Assembly: GCF_006345805.1 (NCBI RefSeq)
Contig: NC_042999.1
Span: 127,844,001-127,908,000, forward strand
DNA: 64,000 nt
Direction of reading: 5' to 3'
From: Octopus sinensis
Lineage: Eukaryota
Part shown: one piece after another, positions 23,900 to 36,857 of the stretch
Position numbering within the stretch: the stretch's first letter is position 1
Layout of the letters: every line of letters begins with the position of its first letter
Position numbers and translations under genes: made by a program
The notes under the pieces: model-generated
Told to the model about the DNA's origin: nothing
The model's database searches: none
Seen by the model: only the letters and a program-made list of their open reading frames with translations

Positions 23900-24660
23900 A
23901 TCCTTTTACATTTGTTTCCAGGTTTGCATGCTTTAGGCAGGTTTTCTCCAATACGGTACCTTGTCACTTGCTACCTCTTTCATGTGGTCCAGATTCAGAG
24001 ATTATATTTTAATCTATCTTCTACTTCCACAGATCCCTTCCATTTGGATTTCTTTGCTCAACTTTTATATGTCAAATGTTTCAGATCTGTAAATAACATG
24101 GCCTTCTCTTTTGCAGATTATAGCTGATCTCTGTTCATACTAACATTAAATAACACATCCAGTGGAGCACACACATACAATTTCTTTCTAGCATTTGCAT
24201 GTCCTCTGTAATCACTACCTATGTTTTACTAACCTTCACTATCACAGTTTGTACACAAGCATTACATAATCTGCTCTTTCAGAAAAAATTTCTGATACCA
24301 GCAGTAGTAATAGAGCATTTTTACTGTTCTTACTTTAGCTATTATGCTCTTAGAACACCCACTCCAACTGCAAGGTAGCTGAAGCTGTCAGCTTACCTCT
24401 AAAAAGATTTCTGGCATTTGAATGAATTCATTTCATGTATGAATTTATTTTGCATCTGTTACAAAGTCCTCTACCAACACCTGCAACCCTACTGTATATC
24501 TTGTGCATCCATGGTTTTCACAGTTGCATTAGGTATACAATATAGATTTCCTACCAACTGTTTGTTTTCCCGCTTGTTGTGCATGGCCACTTCCCAGATG
24601 GTGGTGGAGTTCTTCATGTTTTCTTCCTTAGATTTCTGCCTTTGCTAGGTTCACCTTTAG
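23900..24660 (-). mobile_element. Decayed RTE-type LINE fragment
   Basis: The minus strand gives KVNLAK...PSGKWPC...W.HK...C.RC, a remnant of the RTE insertion zinc-finger (GKWPCxxC...SIxCxxCxxWxHKRC). Confidence 0.6.
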
Positions 24661-24677
24661 ACCTCATGATTCTAGAT

Positions 24678-24901
24678 CGGTGATGGCAAACCATGAACAT
24701 GCATGTCAACAATGACACATTGTGGGATTTTGGGTGACATACAATGGTCTTTGAAAGAAAAAAAATCTCCCAGTAATATCATGCTATAAAAAGCTTATCT
24801 ACAACTAAAATTCTTGCATACTTATAATTCACACTCCAAAAACAGAATCATTAAAGGAATCAAAATTGCAACATACTGGACTAAAAGATCTGCTACCACT
24901 G
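24678..24901. mobile_element. Decayed hAT (Charlie-like) MITE
   Basis: Imperfect TIRs cggtgatggcaaac / atctgctaccactg. The 8-bp flanks ttctagat and tactagac have the CTAG core typical of Charlie TSDs. Confidence 0.5.
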
Positions 24902-27900
24902 TACTAGACTCTGCTTTTAAATTTTTTCTTTAATCTTTTACTTGTTTCAGTCATTAAACTGCAGCCATGCTGGAGCACTGCCTTGAGAAATTTTAGTCAA
25001 ACTAATCGACACTAGTACTTATTTTCTTTTAATCCTGATACTTATTCTATCATTGTCTTTTGCTGAACTGCTAAGTTACAAGGACGTAAATACACCAACA
25101 CCAATTGTCAAGTGGTGGTGGGGGACAAACATAGACATACACACACATATATATATAACAGGCTTCTTTCAGTTTCCAGCTACCAGATCCACTCACAAAG
25201 CTTTGGTTGGCCCAAAGCTACAGTAGGAGACACTTGCCCAAGGTGCCATGAAATGGGATTGAGCCCAGAACCATGGGATAGGGAAGCAAACTTCTAACCA
25301 CACAACTTTTTCTTAATCCTTTGATACACTACTTTTAAAAAAAAGATGATCTTGACTTGAATTCTTTTGAGTATTCAAGTAGGGTTGACCAATGGTTAAA
25401 CAGCAACATTATCACAAAGAATGGAGTGGAAGAGAATAAAGAAAGAAAAGGAGAAAAATATAACAAAAGGACAAAAAAAAATAAGGCTTTACACAAGAAG
25501 TGTTAGAACATTATATGTATTCACAAAACTTTATTCTGCAATCTTGCTTGTGTCTTCTTGAATAGCTTGCAACATTAAGATATCACAGTTAATAAAATAT
25601 ACACTCAGCCAGCCAGACATGCATGTAGAGAAAGATGCAATTTTTATTATTTTTTTTTTTCTTGCCTGTTTTCTTTCAGATCATTTCTGAAGAGATTGGC
25701 ATCTATATCAAAATAGATCTCCCAATGGTGATTCTTGTCCATCTATAAAACTGATGTTTTGCTTAAATCACCATTTTATCTTTACAGATATCACAGATGG
25801 TGATGTCTTCTAGAAATCAGTCTTTCTTCAATATTGGGGGAAAAAAAAAGGACATGAAATATATAATATATGTATATATTTTATATATAAATATCGAATA
25901 CACAAATATGTTTTATATTCTTTACAAACATGGCAAACTTATTTAGTTTTAAGGAGAGGGAGAGAGAGAAAGATAAAAAGGAAAAGTGTTTTCCAAACAT
26001 TATTTTAATCATATAAAGCAAGAAAATCCCAGTAAGTTCTCTGCAATTATAAATGCATATATGCGTGTATACATGTGTGTGTGTATATATATATATAGGC
26101 GTACATACATACGCACACACACACACATACATGTATACACATGGACTAATGCAGCATTAAATTAAAATAGCATCTATGTATCATTCTTAATGTACATACA
26201 CTGATGACAATCAAATTAACTCAGACGAAAACAAAAGTAACTTGCCTGTCAACAGGCTACACACACACACACACACACACACACACTCCTGTATAGATGG
26301 CAGTCTCAGATATATTGGTATCAAAAGGGTTAAATTTTAAAAATTTAAGAAAAAACCCATTAAAAATCTCAATATATTTTGAAAATATATTTATACTTAG
26401 TAAAATTGGATTTCTTTCTAAAATAAATTTGAAAAGCTTAACTGTCAATGTATTTATTTTATATTTCCACAATAAAAATTATTTCTATAAATAATCATAA
26501 TGGTTAAATAGTTCCCTGACATTCTACAAGAATTTAATTTCTATGAGATTATTCGAAGAAGACCCTGGCTATAAAAGAAAAAAAACATTTATATAAATCT
26601 GGTATTTTACAAGTTTTGTTCAGTGTTTAACTGAAACAATTTTTTTTTTACTCTTTCTCTATATAATTAACAAAAGAAACAAAAAAATCATACAGATATT
26701 TTGGAAACAATAGTAAAGCCAGTTTCCCTTCAGATACAGAAAACAGACTTTGCAGAATTTTAAATATTCTTCTTTAGAATGTTGCTGTCCACACAGTGAT
26801 AGAATGAAAAGAAGCAGGATACTCTTTTCCCTCTTCTTTATACTCATTCCTCCCAGCACACTGGTGTGATACTGCTGATTACTTTACTGTTCATTATTAG
26901 TGGTGTCTGTCAATGTCTAGTTAGGCTCATTGGTTTCAGAAGAAGAAAGGGAAGTTGTAATATTCATGCCTCTCCCATGGTTGTTAGTTGTGTGGGTGAA
27001 GTGAAGAGACTACAGTTGGTAGAACTAGAGTCAAGTTGCTGCAGACATTTTGCCTGTTGGAGCTTATCTCATATTCTATGATGGGGTGAAAGAAGAGCAG
27101 GATTACTGGAAACTATTAAACAGTATATAAAACAAAAAGAACATTGTGAAACTAGCAGTGAGGTTTATCTCATTCAGTAACATACAAGCAATGAAATTAG
27201 TACACTAGAACCTGTCTTATACATTATTTGGCTTCTGCATGCATGATGGCCTTAAAACCATTATAACAGCTTTTATGTTTAAAAAAACCCGGCTTAACTA
27301 GAGAAAGAATAGAGCAACACCTATGACGTTTTTGTAGGGGTTTTGGGGCTAGCAGAAAGGTGGAGATGGAGGAAGAAGCTGGAAATCTGGTCCAAATGCT
27401 TAAAACAATGTAGACTTTGCTAAAGGCACCCACAGATCAGATGGTGATGTTAAACCAAAAAATGGAAGTTTACATCAATAACTGAAATTTTATCATCATC
27501 AGCATGGAAAACGGACGCTAAACGATGATGATGATGATGATGATGATTACAACCAGAATCAACCACTTGACCTAAATTTAGCAAATATATATCCAAAATA
27601 TTATACCCATGATGTTGTAACTAAATGATCAACTGTCGGCAGTTATCAAAAAATTAAAGCAGAAATTTTGCTATAGGTCATTGAGTTTTAGCATATTGTT
27701 TAACATAAGGCAGTGAGCTGGCAGAATTGTTAGTACACAGGGTGAAATGCATAGCAGCATTTCATCTGACTTTGTGTTTTGAGTTCAAATTTCAACTTTG
27801 CCTTTCATCCTTTCAGAGTCGATAAAATAAGTACCAATTGAATACATGGATTGATGTAGATATGCCCTCCCCTCAAAAATCACAGGCTGTGTGCTAAAAT

Positions 27901-30824
27901 TTGAAAGCAACAGATTAAGAGCCCCTTTGGTCAATGAAGGATCATGGGATTGCACTGAGAAAGTTACCCTCCAATGCACAAGTTCAGACAAGGTTGTTAA
28001 TGAAAGACAAGCAGTTTTCCCTCTCCCCACTACTGATGTTATTCAACGGAAAGGCAAAGGCCAGTACAGCTTGGCACCAGTGATGTCACAACTCATTTCT
28101 ACAGCTGAGTGAATTGGAGCAACGTGAAATAAAGAGTCTTATTCAAGAACACAACATACAGCCCAGTCCGGGAATCAAACCTCATGATCGTGTGTTTGAC
28201 ACTCATTATTGTATGTAAACAAATGAACATTTGACATTAAAGTTGGTATTTCAATATCAAATTTTATGAAGAAGGAGACACTGGTTTCAACAGACTTCAT
28301 TATATCAGAGATATTTATTCAAACCCAGAAGGAAACCTTTATACGACCACTTGACCAACAAGGGATAGCAACCAAATCTCCCTCAAATCACACACTACCA
28401 TCTTTAAAAAAAGGAAAGAAACATTGGATAATGTAATCTGATACACTTATCTTCATCATCAATATCATCCACTTTTCTATGCTTGCATGGGTTGGACAGA
28501 GTTTATTTGAGGCAAACTTTCTACAGTCGGATGCCCTTTCTCTTGATGACTCTCACTGATTTCCATGGCCAGACATGTTCTTGAAGAACATTGGAAATGA
28601 ATGAAACTGCTTGTTTGAGAGTGTCACTCATTTACTACTATCATATAATATTGAGACAAGGAAACACACACACACATACATATATATAGCACACGATGGG
28701 CTTTTTTCAGTTTCTGTCTACCAAATCCACTCACAAAGCTTTGGTTGGCCTGGAGCTATAGTTGAAGACACCAACCCAAAGTTCCATGCCTCGGAACCAA
28801 ACCTGGAATTGTGTGGCTGAGAAGCAAACTTCTTACCACCTCTGTCTAGACACATACAGTCTAGTAAAAGGAGAGCCAACTTTAGGCTAAACAACTGATG
28901 TATTGATTTTATATGGTCTGGAATGGTTATATTATTTGGAATAATAGAAAATGGTTATATTATTTGGAATAATAGAAAAGACCCAGTGTGTAAGTTTTCT
29001 GCTGTCCACATCCACTTAAAAGCTCTAATAATAATTAGCAAAGAAAGTACAAGTCCAGAAATTTGGAGAAAAAGGAAACTGTAAAGAGCCAGACCAAATA
29101 TAGCAAATACCATTTAACGTTCTATTCATTGTTACTTAAAATTTGTTTTCCATGCTAGCATGGGTTGTATGTTTCAACAGGAGCTGGTGAGCCAGAGACC
29201 TACATCAAGTTCCAATGACTAGTTTGGCATGTTTTCTAAAGCTGGATGTCCTTCTTAACACCAACCACTTTACACAGTGTCAATACTATTGAAGTTACTG
29301 AGTAATTTGTAAAACAAGACTCCTCAACAGAGGAAGCGGGGAGTAGTATTAAGGGAAATGGCTTTAAGTCAGGTGATGGGTGGTCAAGAATGATAGGGAG
29401 ATAGGAACATGTGCCAGCCTCAGTTGGAAGAGAAGGAGAATGATGGGGAAAATGTATCAAGGTGTACCCTCAAGTTACAGGAAGATGAATAAAGGGAAGT
29501 GATGAGGGTAGGTAATTAAGTTCCGAGAGAGAGTGAGAGGTGAATGGTAGATGGATAGAGGGAGATGCATTGAATAATGGACACAACAGAGGCAAAGACA
29601 ATTCTGAATATCAGTTGGAAGGTAAAGAAGAGGAAGAAGGTGTAAGTCAGGAAGGTAACAGATGGCAGCAAAGATGATGTGGAGTGAATGGGGGTGTGAT
29701 TCTGCCAATCCGTCACAGTACTTACATGCTCTAACAATGATTTCTTCTATAGGCACAGTCGACTACACTGACTCCATTATAATATTGATTTAAAATTTTA
29801 GCACAAGGTCAGCAATTCCACTGACAAAATGCCACTAAGCATTTTGCCCAATGTGTTGACTATTCTGCCAACTCACTGCTTATGACTCCACTTTAATATT
29901 ACCATCTATTTTACCAACCCTGGATGGATGAAAAGTAAAGTCAACTTTGGTAGAATTAAGATCTTAGAATATATCAAAACAACAAAAGGTATTTTGTCTG
30001 ACACACCACTGATTCTACTTATAAAGGTTTTAAATTTTGGCACAAAGCGAGCAATCTTTACAGGAAGGGTTAAGTTGATTATATTGACCCTAGTGCCCAG
30101 CTGGTACTTATTTTATTGATCCTGAAAGGATAAATGGCAAAGTTGACCTCAGCAGAATTTGAACCCAGAATGTAGTGAGTCGGAAGAAATACTGCAAAGC
30201 ACTTTGTCCGACACTCTCACAGTTCTGCCAGCTCAACACCTTAAATTCTTCTAATAATGATTTCAAATTTTGGCACAAGGCTAGCAGTTTCATGGGAAGA
30301 GGCAAAGTCAATTACTTCAATATTCAACTGCTACTTATTTTTATCAACCACAAAAGGATGAAAGGCAAAGCTAACCCCAGCAGCATTAGAACTCAGAATG
30401 TATAGATGGGAAAATGCCACTAAGCATTTTGTCTAGCATGCTAATGACTTTGTCAGCTTGCCACCTCCAATTCTTCCAATAATGGCTTTTATCTTGGTGA
30501 GGAATTATAAATGATTAAATTGATTCTGTAACCTTACTGGTTCTAATTTTGTTGATTCCCAATGGATGAAGATGCAAAGTTTATCCTGCAGTAATTTAAA
30601 CCCAGAATAGCAGGACATCAAACACTTTAAAGTACCCGACGTCATATGACTATAATGAAGGATTGTATTCAGTATCTAGGACTATACCACCCAATGTGTT
30701 CCCTTTTTATGCCCTAGATCAACTCTCATCAAGCAGACCTATGATGAATTCAGTTGTGATCATCTCACCTTATTTTGTTTTCATACACACTGTCTTTATG
30801 ACTAATTATCCAATGTCTTTACTA

Positions 30825-31200
30825 TCGCAACACTCTTTTACTGTTACTTGTTTCAGTCATTTGACTGTGGCCATGCTGGAGCCTTTAGTAGAGCAAATCG
30901 ACCCCAGGACCTATTCTTTGTAAGCCTAGTACTTATTCTATTGGTCTCTTTTGCCAAACCGTTAAGTTACGGGGGACATAAACACACCACCGTTGGTTGT
31001 CAAACGATGTTGGGGGAACAAACACAGACACACAAACATATACACATACATACATATATACGACGGGGTTCTTTCAGTTTCCGTCTACCAAATCCACTCA
31101 CAAGGCTTTGATCAGCCCAAGGTGCCATGCAGTGGAAATGAACTCAGAACCATATGGTTGGTAAGCAAGCTACTTACCACAAAGCCACTCCTGTGCCTAT
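30825..31200 (-). mobile_element. OR-like tRNA-derived SINE
   Basis: Reverse complement of the family at 47702-48080. Confidence 0.8.
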
Positions 31201-31231
<31 letters not shown>

Positions 31232-33118
31232 CAACAATAATAATCCTTTCAATTAAAGGCACAAGGCCTGAAATTTTGGGGGAGGGTTAAGTCGATTACA
31301 TCGATCCCAATACTCAACGGTAGTTAATTTATCAACCCTGAAAGGATGAAAGGCAAAGTCAACCTCAGTACAATTTAACAATAATAAAAATAATAATATT
31401 TATTGTGACATAAGTATTAAAAAGGTTATCTTGACCACAATAGAATTAAAGATTTTTTGTTGTCCAGTGTTGTCTCCATTTGTTTACCAATCACTTGACA
31501 GAGTGTACAAGATACATTTTATCATGTTATCATTACAATGAGGTTACTTTGTCTCTAGCCAGATTAAAGAGTTTGCTCTAGCTTACACAGTCACATTGTC
31601 AACAACTTTACAGAGTGGACAGGATGCATTCAATACTAAGGTTACTTTGTCTCCATCAAGATGACAAAGTCCTCCCTACACTGCCACCTTCCTTTTTGAA
31701 TCATTTTACAGAGAGTACTGGGTGTGTGTTTTATTGTAACACTGTTATGGGAGAATTCTGAACACCTCCATGTGACTGAAGGTGGACTAAATGATGACAA
31801 TAAATAAGAACTGAGTGGACTCTCAGTGTGGGTAGCTGACGGTGTTAGTTCGACCATGCTGGCTTAACAGTTGGTAGTTGAACAGCGAATACTGAGTATT
31901 GTAACTATGTTCAAGTTGTACGGAGTGCGTTCTGTGTTACCATATATTTGTATGATAAGTTATTTTTAGATAACCATAACCATTTATTTGTGTAATACCA
32001 TTCTACACCAGTCATGTATACCCACATCATAACAAACACCAACACCAGAAAGTTTGTTTGACTAAAGTGTTCTTTTTATCCATTTTTCTCTCAGTTTGTT
32101 CATTCACAAATGCAATAATAATTTCTAACATTGACTTAAGGCCACATATTTCAAAAGAGGTTCAGTCAATTTGATCCAGTACTTCACTGGTAGTTATTTT
32201 ATAGATCCCAGAAAGTTGAAAGCTAAGGTTGATACTGGTGTAAGTTTTTACATCAGAATACAAAGAAAATGTCACAAGTTCAGTGTTTTACCAATTCTGC
32301 CATCCACTACCTTCAATAATAATAATAATGAATATTAATTATATTTAGATAAGGCATGAAACTACTTAAGTGTCTTGTCAAGAAACAGTCCACAATGTTT
32401 GCAACTGAACACAAACGTCTAACATGCAATAGAAGTCCAATCTATTTATTTGCTAAACAATTGTATTTTAGGCAAATGCATGAGAAAAATATTACTGTTG
32501 ATACTTAGCTCTGGTTTTATATCTTTTAGCAGGTGGTGTATAAAATCTTTCCTCTGGATAGCACGCCAAGCTATAGAAGGTAACATTATCACCAAATTGG
32601 AACTCACAACCTTGAAGCAGGTTCTTTAATGCTTAATCCACACAGCCATCTTGCATGTTTGCTAAGCATGGAACCTTTGGCAAGCATAGATACTATTCTC
32701 AAAGGTAAAACTCAATATCTGCAATAGATATGGACTTAAAGGACAAAGTCCAAGAATACAGTACCTTAAACCAGTAATATTGTACCTGTAGGTACAAAGT
32801 TTCTGATTCAAAGACATACAGAAATATGGAAATGTGGCATTTATGGCTTATCTATGTCAATAAAATGCTTCTAATTGACAACAAAAACAACATTTAGGAA
32901 TAGGTTTTCCAAAAACTTATTCCAACCCACCTACAATAATAGTAATATTTCATATTAGCAGCACTAGACCACATACTTTTCAAGGAGTGAGAAAGTCAAT
33001 GAAATTGCTCAGTAAATGACTGGTGCTTATTTCAAAAACTCCTGTGTAATGAAAGACAAAGACAATCCCAGTGAAATTTGAACTTTGAATGTAGAGGTAT
33101 AAAATGAAATGCCATTAA

Positions 33119-33321
33119 CCCTTTCGTTACCATATTTATTTTGAGATGCTCTGTGTTTCTTTCAATTATTTTAAATATAACAAAGAGGTTAGTAAAATAA
33201 CTTAGTTATCATTAGGCTAGTGTTAGGAACATAAATTGTGACTAAGGTTTGACGGAAGATTTTAATTCAAAACTTATGAAAACAGGACATTTCTCCCACA
33301 GCCGGGTTGGTAATGAAAGGG
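33119..33321. mobile_element. 203-bp piggyBac-type MITE
   Basis: TTAA|ccctttcgttacca ... tggtaatgaaaggg|TTTA (TIR with one CpG-type mismatch). An inverted, decayed copy lies at about 20790-21003. Confidence 0.75.
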
Positions 33322-34701
33322 TTTAGTATTTTAGCTTAGCACTCTACTGTTTCTGTTGCTCAAAAAAAAAAAAAAAAAAAAACCATTAGCACAAACCTAC
33401 AAATTTGTACTGAATCAATACTAGTACATACCTGGTGCTTGTTTTATCAACTATAAAGAAATGCAAAACAAAGTTAACCCTGACAAATTTTTGCTCATAT
33501 ATATCATGTATATCAAACTAAATATTGCAAGGAATTTAGTCAGGTACACTTCTGTTTCTGCAACTCTAACAACAACAACAATATTAAACAGACAGGTAGC
33601 CATTTGATGAACTGTAGCATTTTCTTTTTTGCATTGGATTGGTAATAAAGATACTCCAGCTTGTAACTGAAATTAGATCAGACTCCCTTTGCAAAATTTA
33701 ATCATCATATAATATAGTCCTTTCTAATGAATAAAATGGTATGTTGTTTATGTCTTTCTGAAAATGCTAAGGCTATTCTAAAAATGGTATGGCTCTATCT
33801 GAAACCTTTTATTGCATTTCATTATTTGTAATCAAAAACAATCAAATAAAAAAAACAATAAAACATTAAATTACATCTGTATGACAGATATGTTTGCACC
33901 AAATCTGTGAAGATTCCCTACATATAAACAACAACAAAAAGAGAAATGAGTGAGAAAAAACACTTGTATTGAAAATACTCAGAAATGTAAGGTTTTTCTC
34001 TTTTGTTTTTTTGTAAATTCAAAATAAAATCTTCGCTTTTACTTTCAAAAACCAGTATATTCAATCTGTAAAGTTGCTTTGTTGAGAACTTACTGATAAA
34101 CTAATCAAGAATTTGTATTTGGAGGAAATATTTGCACTTTGAAAAATGTCTATAACCATACATGGATAATGATGGAATAGAGCTTAATTATGGGATAGGG
34201 ATTTTACACAAGGGGCAAATCAATTGAGTAATATCTCTGAAGCACAAAAAAAAAATTAAAAGAAAAAAGAAAAAAAATGAAGAACTCAAAGGAGAAAGTT
34301 ATTTGTCAAATTTAAAAGTATGTTCTCCCTTATTTACTGATGATGAATTCTATGTCATTTTCTTTTTAAAAGTCGTTTCATATTTTAAGTTAGTTAGCAT
34401 GTTTGTGTATATTTTATATATGGATTTGAGTTTAGACTAAACTTTTCAAATATAATCAGGTACATGAGTCAATGATTTGTTGTAATTTAAATATCTGGTC
34501 CCACCAAAGGTAATGTCTTTTGAAAGTAGTTTACCATTTTATTTATGAATTCGGAATATTATATATATCTTCTATATATATATATATATATATATATACA
34601 TACCAATTATTGAAAACCAACAGTTGATTTTCTGTTCACTCTACTTTCAAATTGAAACTGAAAACAAACCACCAGTAAACGAATGTTCGGTTATCAGTTC
34701 C

Positions 34702-35619
34702 TCAGGCCATAAATACAACAAATATAATGAAAAATACTATAAGAACACAGAAAATTTTGAGCATGAGCCATCTATTTGAAGAAACAGATTGAAAGTATTT
34801 CAATATCTCGCCGTGAGCCATTTCTATATTAAGCTCAGCATTGTCAACGTTTGAGTCGATCCTATTTACCATTTCTTCTTGTTCTTTTACCATTGTAGCA
34901 AGTCTTTGGAAAACAGTGCCTAATTCCACAATGGTAGATTCAATATTTTGCATTGTTTCTGCCCGGTTTCGAACGTAAGCATCTTGTTCATCAATTAGTT
35001 GAATTTGGTCTTGATGTTGCCGTTGTGAAAAACTCATATCAATTGACAAGTCATTTGGTTTTGTCCGATCGGCTTCATCTTCGTTTAATAACACCGAACC
35101 CTCCCCAGACATGGTCGTAAGTGGGAAAACAGCTGATTGAGAGAACTGCTCACGGCGTGTTTTCTGTTGCTTTAAGTTTTCCGTACGTACTTCTAGGACT
35201 GTTTTGAATTCGTTAGACATTGTGGCCAATCTTGACTGCAGAGCGACCACCACCGAAGAAGAATGCGTTTGTTGGTGACGACCATTATGATATTTTTGTG
35301 CTCGTGCTATTTCCTGCAACTCACCGATCTGTTTGTTTAAAGAACCGATATCTTGTTTTATAATAAACGTAAGATCTTGAATTTCTGTGGGTTTGTCATC
35401 AAACAAGGATTTCCGTTTGGCTAATAAAGTAAGCTTTTCAAGTTTGGCGAAAGTATTAGCTAAATCTCGGCCGATGTACTTCGCCTTAACAGTAAACTCA
35501 GTTCGTTGTAACTTACTTTTGGTAACTGGAGATCGTGATGTGACGACTGTGTTGTTTTGTCGCGACTGTATTGATTCAACTGCCGACAGAAACTCATTAG
35601 TTCGATCCCGACACGTCAT
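34702..35619 (-). CDS. STX5: Syntaxin-5 (cis-Golgi t-SNARE), 305 aa, single coding exon
   Basis: Starts MTCRDRTNEF (Sly1-binding RDRTxEF peptide). Contains TFAKLEKLTLLAKRKSLFDDKPTEIQDLTFIIKQDI, HSSSVVVALQSRLA, the SNARE motif RAETMQNIESTIVELGTVFQRLATMVKEQEE and a C-terminal TM anchor (WLMLKIFCVLIVFFIIFVVFMA). Confidence 0.97.
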   Translation of the reverse strand: MTCRDRTNEFLSAVESIQSRQNNTVVTSRSPVTKSKLQRTEFTVKAKYIGRDLANTFAKLEKLTLLAKRKSLFDDKPTEIQDLTFIIKQDIGSLNKQIGELQEIARAQKYHNGRHQQTHSSSVVVALQSRLATMSNEFKTVLEVRTENLKQQKTRREQFSQSAVFPLTTMSGEGSVLLNEDEADRTKPNDLSIDMSFSQRQHQDQIQLIDEQDAYVRNRAETMQNIESTIVELGTVFQRLATMVKEQEEMVNRIDSNVDNAELNIEMAHGEILKYFQSVSSNRWLMLKIFCVLIVFFIIFVVFMA

Positions 35620-35620
35620 A

Positions 35621-35902
35621 CTTAGAAAGTTATTATTGGCAGTAAAAGAGAAATAGAGAAATATATAAAACAATTTGGTTGACAGAATATGTTTTGAGAA
35701 AATTTTAAGGAAACAAACCTGTATCCTTGTATTTGAGTGAATAAAGAGGGTCCAAGCAAAATATGAATATCGCTCTACCACAGTTCCCAAGACGCGGTTA
35801 GAAGTATGAATATAATCCGAATATTTTTATCATTTGATTTTGACACATCTTCTATGTAACATATGTAGAGCAGTATACAGGGATAATGTTGAAATGACTT
35901 AC
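35621..35902 (-). other. STX5: Probable 5'UTR intron of STX5 (282 bp)
   Basis: Minus-strand donor ggatac|GTAAGT at 35902. A pyrimidine tract ends at the first AG (ctttctaag|tATG), one base before the start codon. The acceptor is AAG rather than YAG, so it is less certain. Confidence 0.6.
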
Positions 35903-36857
35903 GTATCCTGACAGTCTTTGCTTTATTTTACCACTTCTGTTTGATTCAAACAATTATCAGCTCCAAATGTAAAGATTGGTAATTCAACTTATGTTATAAA
36001 ATGTTAGAACAGCAGGCAACAACAAAAAAAAATTAACGAACTGAAAAGAATAAATGTTTATAAAGTAAGTTATAAATCTGTCATAACAAGTCGCATTTAG
36101 TAATCCATTTGTAGTTTAAACGTACACGTCATTTCAGACAGCTAGGTGAAATAATCTCCCTTGGTTACTCTTTAATACGTGAAAAGATTGATCGGAGTTA
36201 TCTGCTCCTCGTAGTAACCGGGCGAGCAAACCTTTGTGGCTGTTCGTCTGGGTAGATTAACCACTGTAATTTTTAATGACACCGATAGGGGATAAGGATA
36301 TAAATATGTAATATACAACCACTTTTAAGTAACTCATGAAAATAAATGTAAATAAATTAAAAGCTTAATGTCTTTTCCTAATTTAAAAGCATTCTGTTTT
36401 CTTTTTCAAACAAGGTCTGACGGAAACTTGACAAAGTTTAGAATGCTGTTAATTTCAAACCATCTTTTCAAAATCACTTTTTAATTCATTACAAATTTTA
36501 AACTGCGTCATCAAATAACACATCAATATTATCATTCGCCTTTTTTTTTTTTTTTTTAGAAATTGTGTATATTTTGCATTGTCAAGCAATTTCATTAATA
36601 ATCTAAACAAATATGTAAACGGTTCAGTCTAGAAAATACACATATGTTTGTGGAATTGTACTTTGTTGTTAAATGTGAATTTGACGACTTTATTTCAATA
36701 CATATTAGTTAATATAACTTGGAAAATAAAGTCTGATCAAGGCAAGTTATGAAGACTTCGGACCATAGTTATTTGCCCTTGACAGTAGACTTCTTCTGTC
36801 ATAGCAGACAAAATGTAATGGCCGCCAATCGTACATGGTTATGGCATTGAATTGATG
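35903..36857. promoter_or_regulatory. Probable bidirectional promoter region STX5 / RALGAPB with both non-coding first exons
   Basis: CpG-retaining region bounded by an outward-facing GTAAGT donor on each strand (35902 minus, 36858 plus). It contains TGACGTG (minus strand, 36125-36131) and a YY1-like ATGGCCGCC at 36818. Confidence 0.55.

Noticed and set aside
31498-31730. Diverged ~100-bp tandem triplication (acagagtg...ggttactttgtctc)
   Set aside because: The units resemble decayed pieces of the common SINE segment cccagtacactctgtaaagtggtt, so this is not a novel array.
31785-31845. SECIS-like pattern (ATGA...AA...mini-stem...GA)
   Set aside because: Helix II does not base-pair.
35620-35790. 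57-aa N-terminal extension of the STX5 ORF, resembling a long isoform
   Set aside because: It starts at TTG, has no similarity to Stx5L and lies in the pyrimidine-rich 3' end of the predicted intron.
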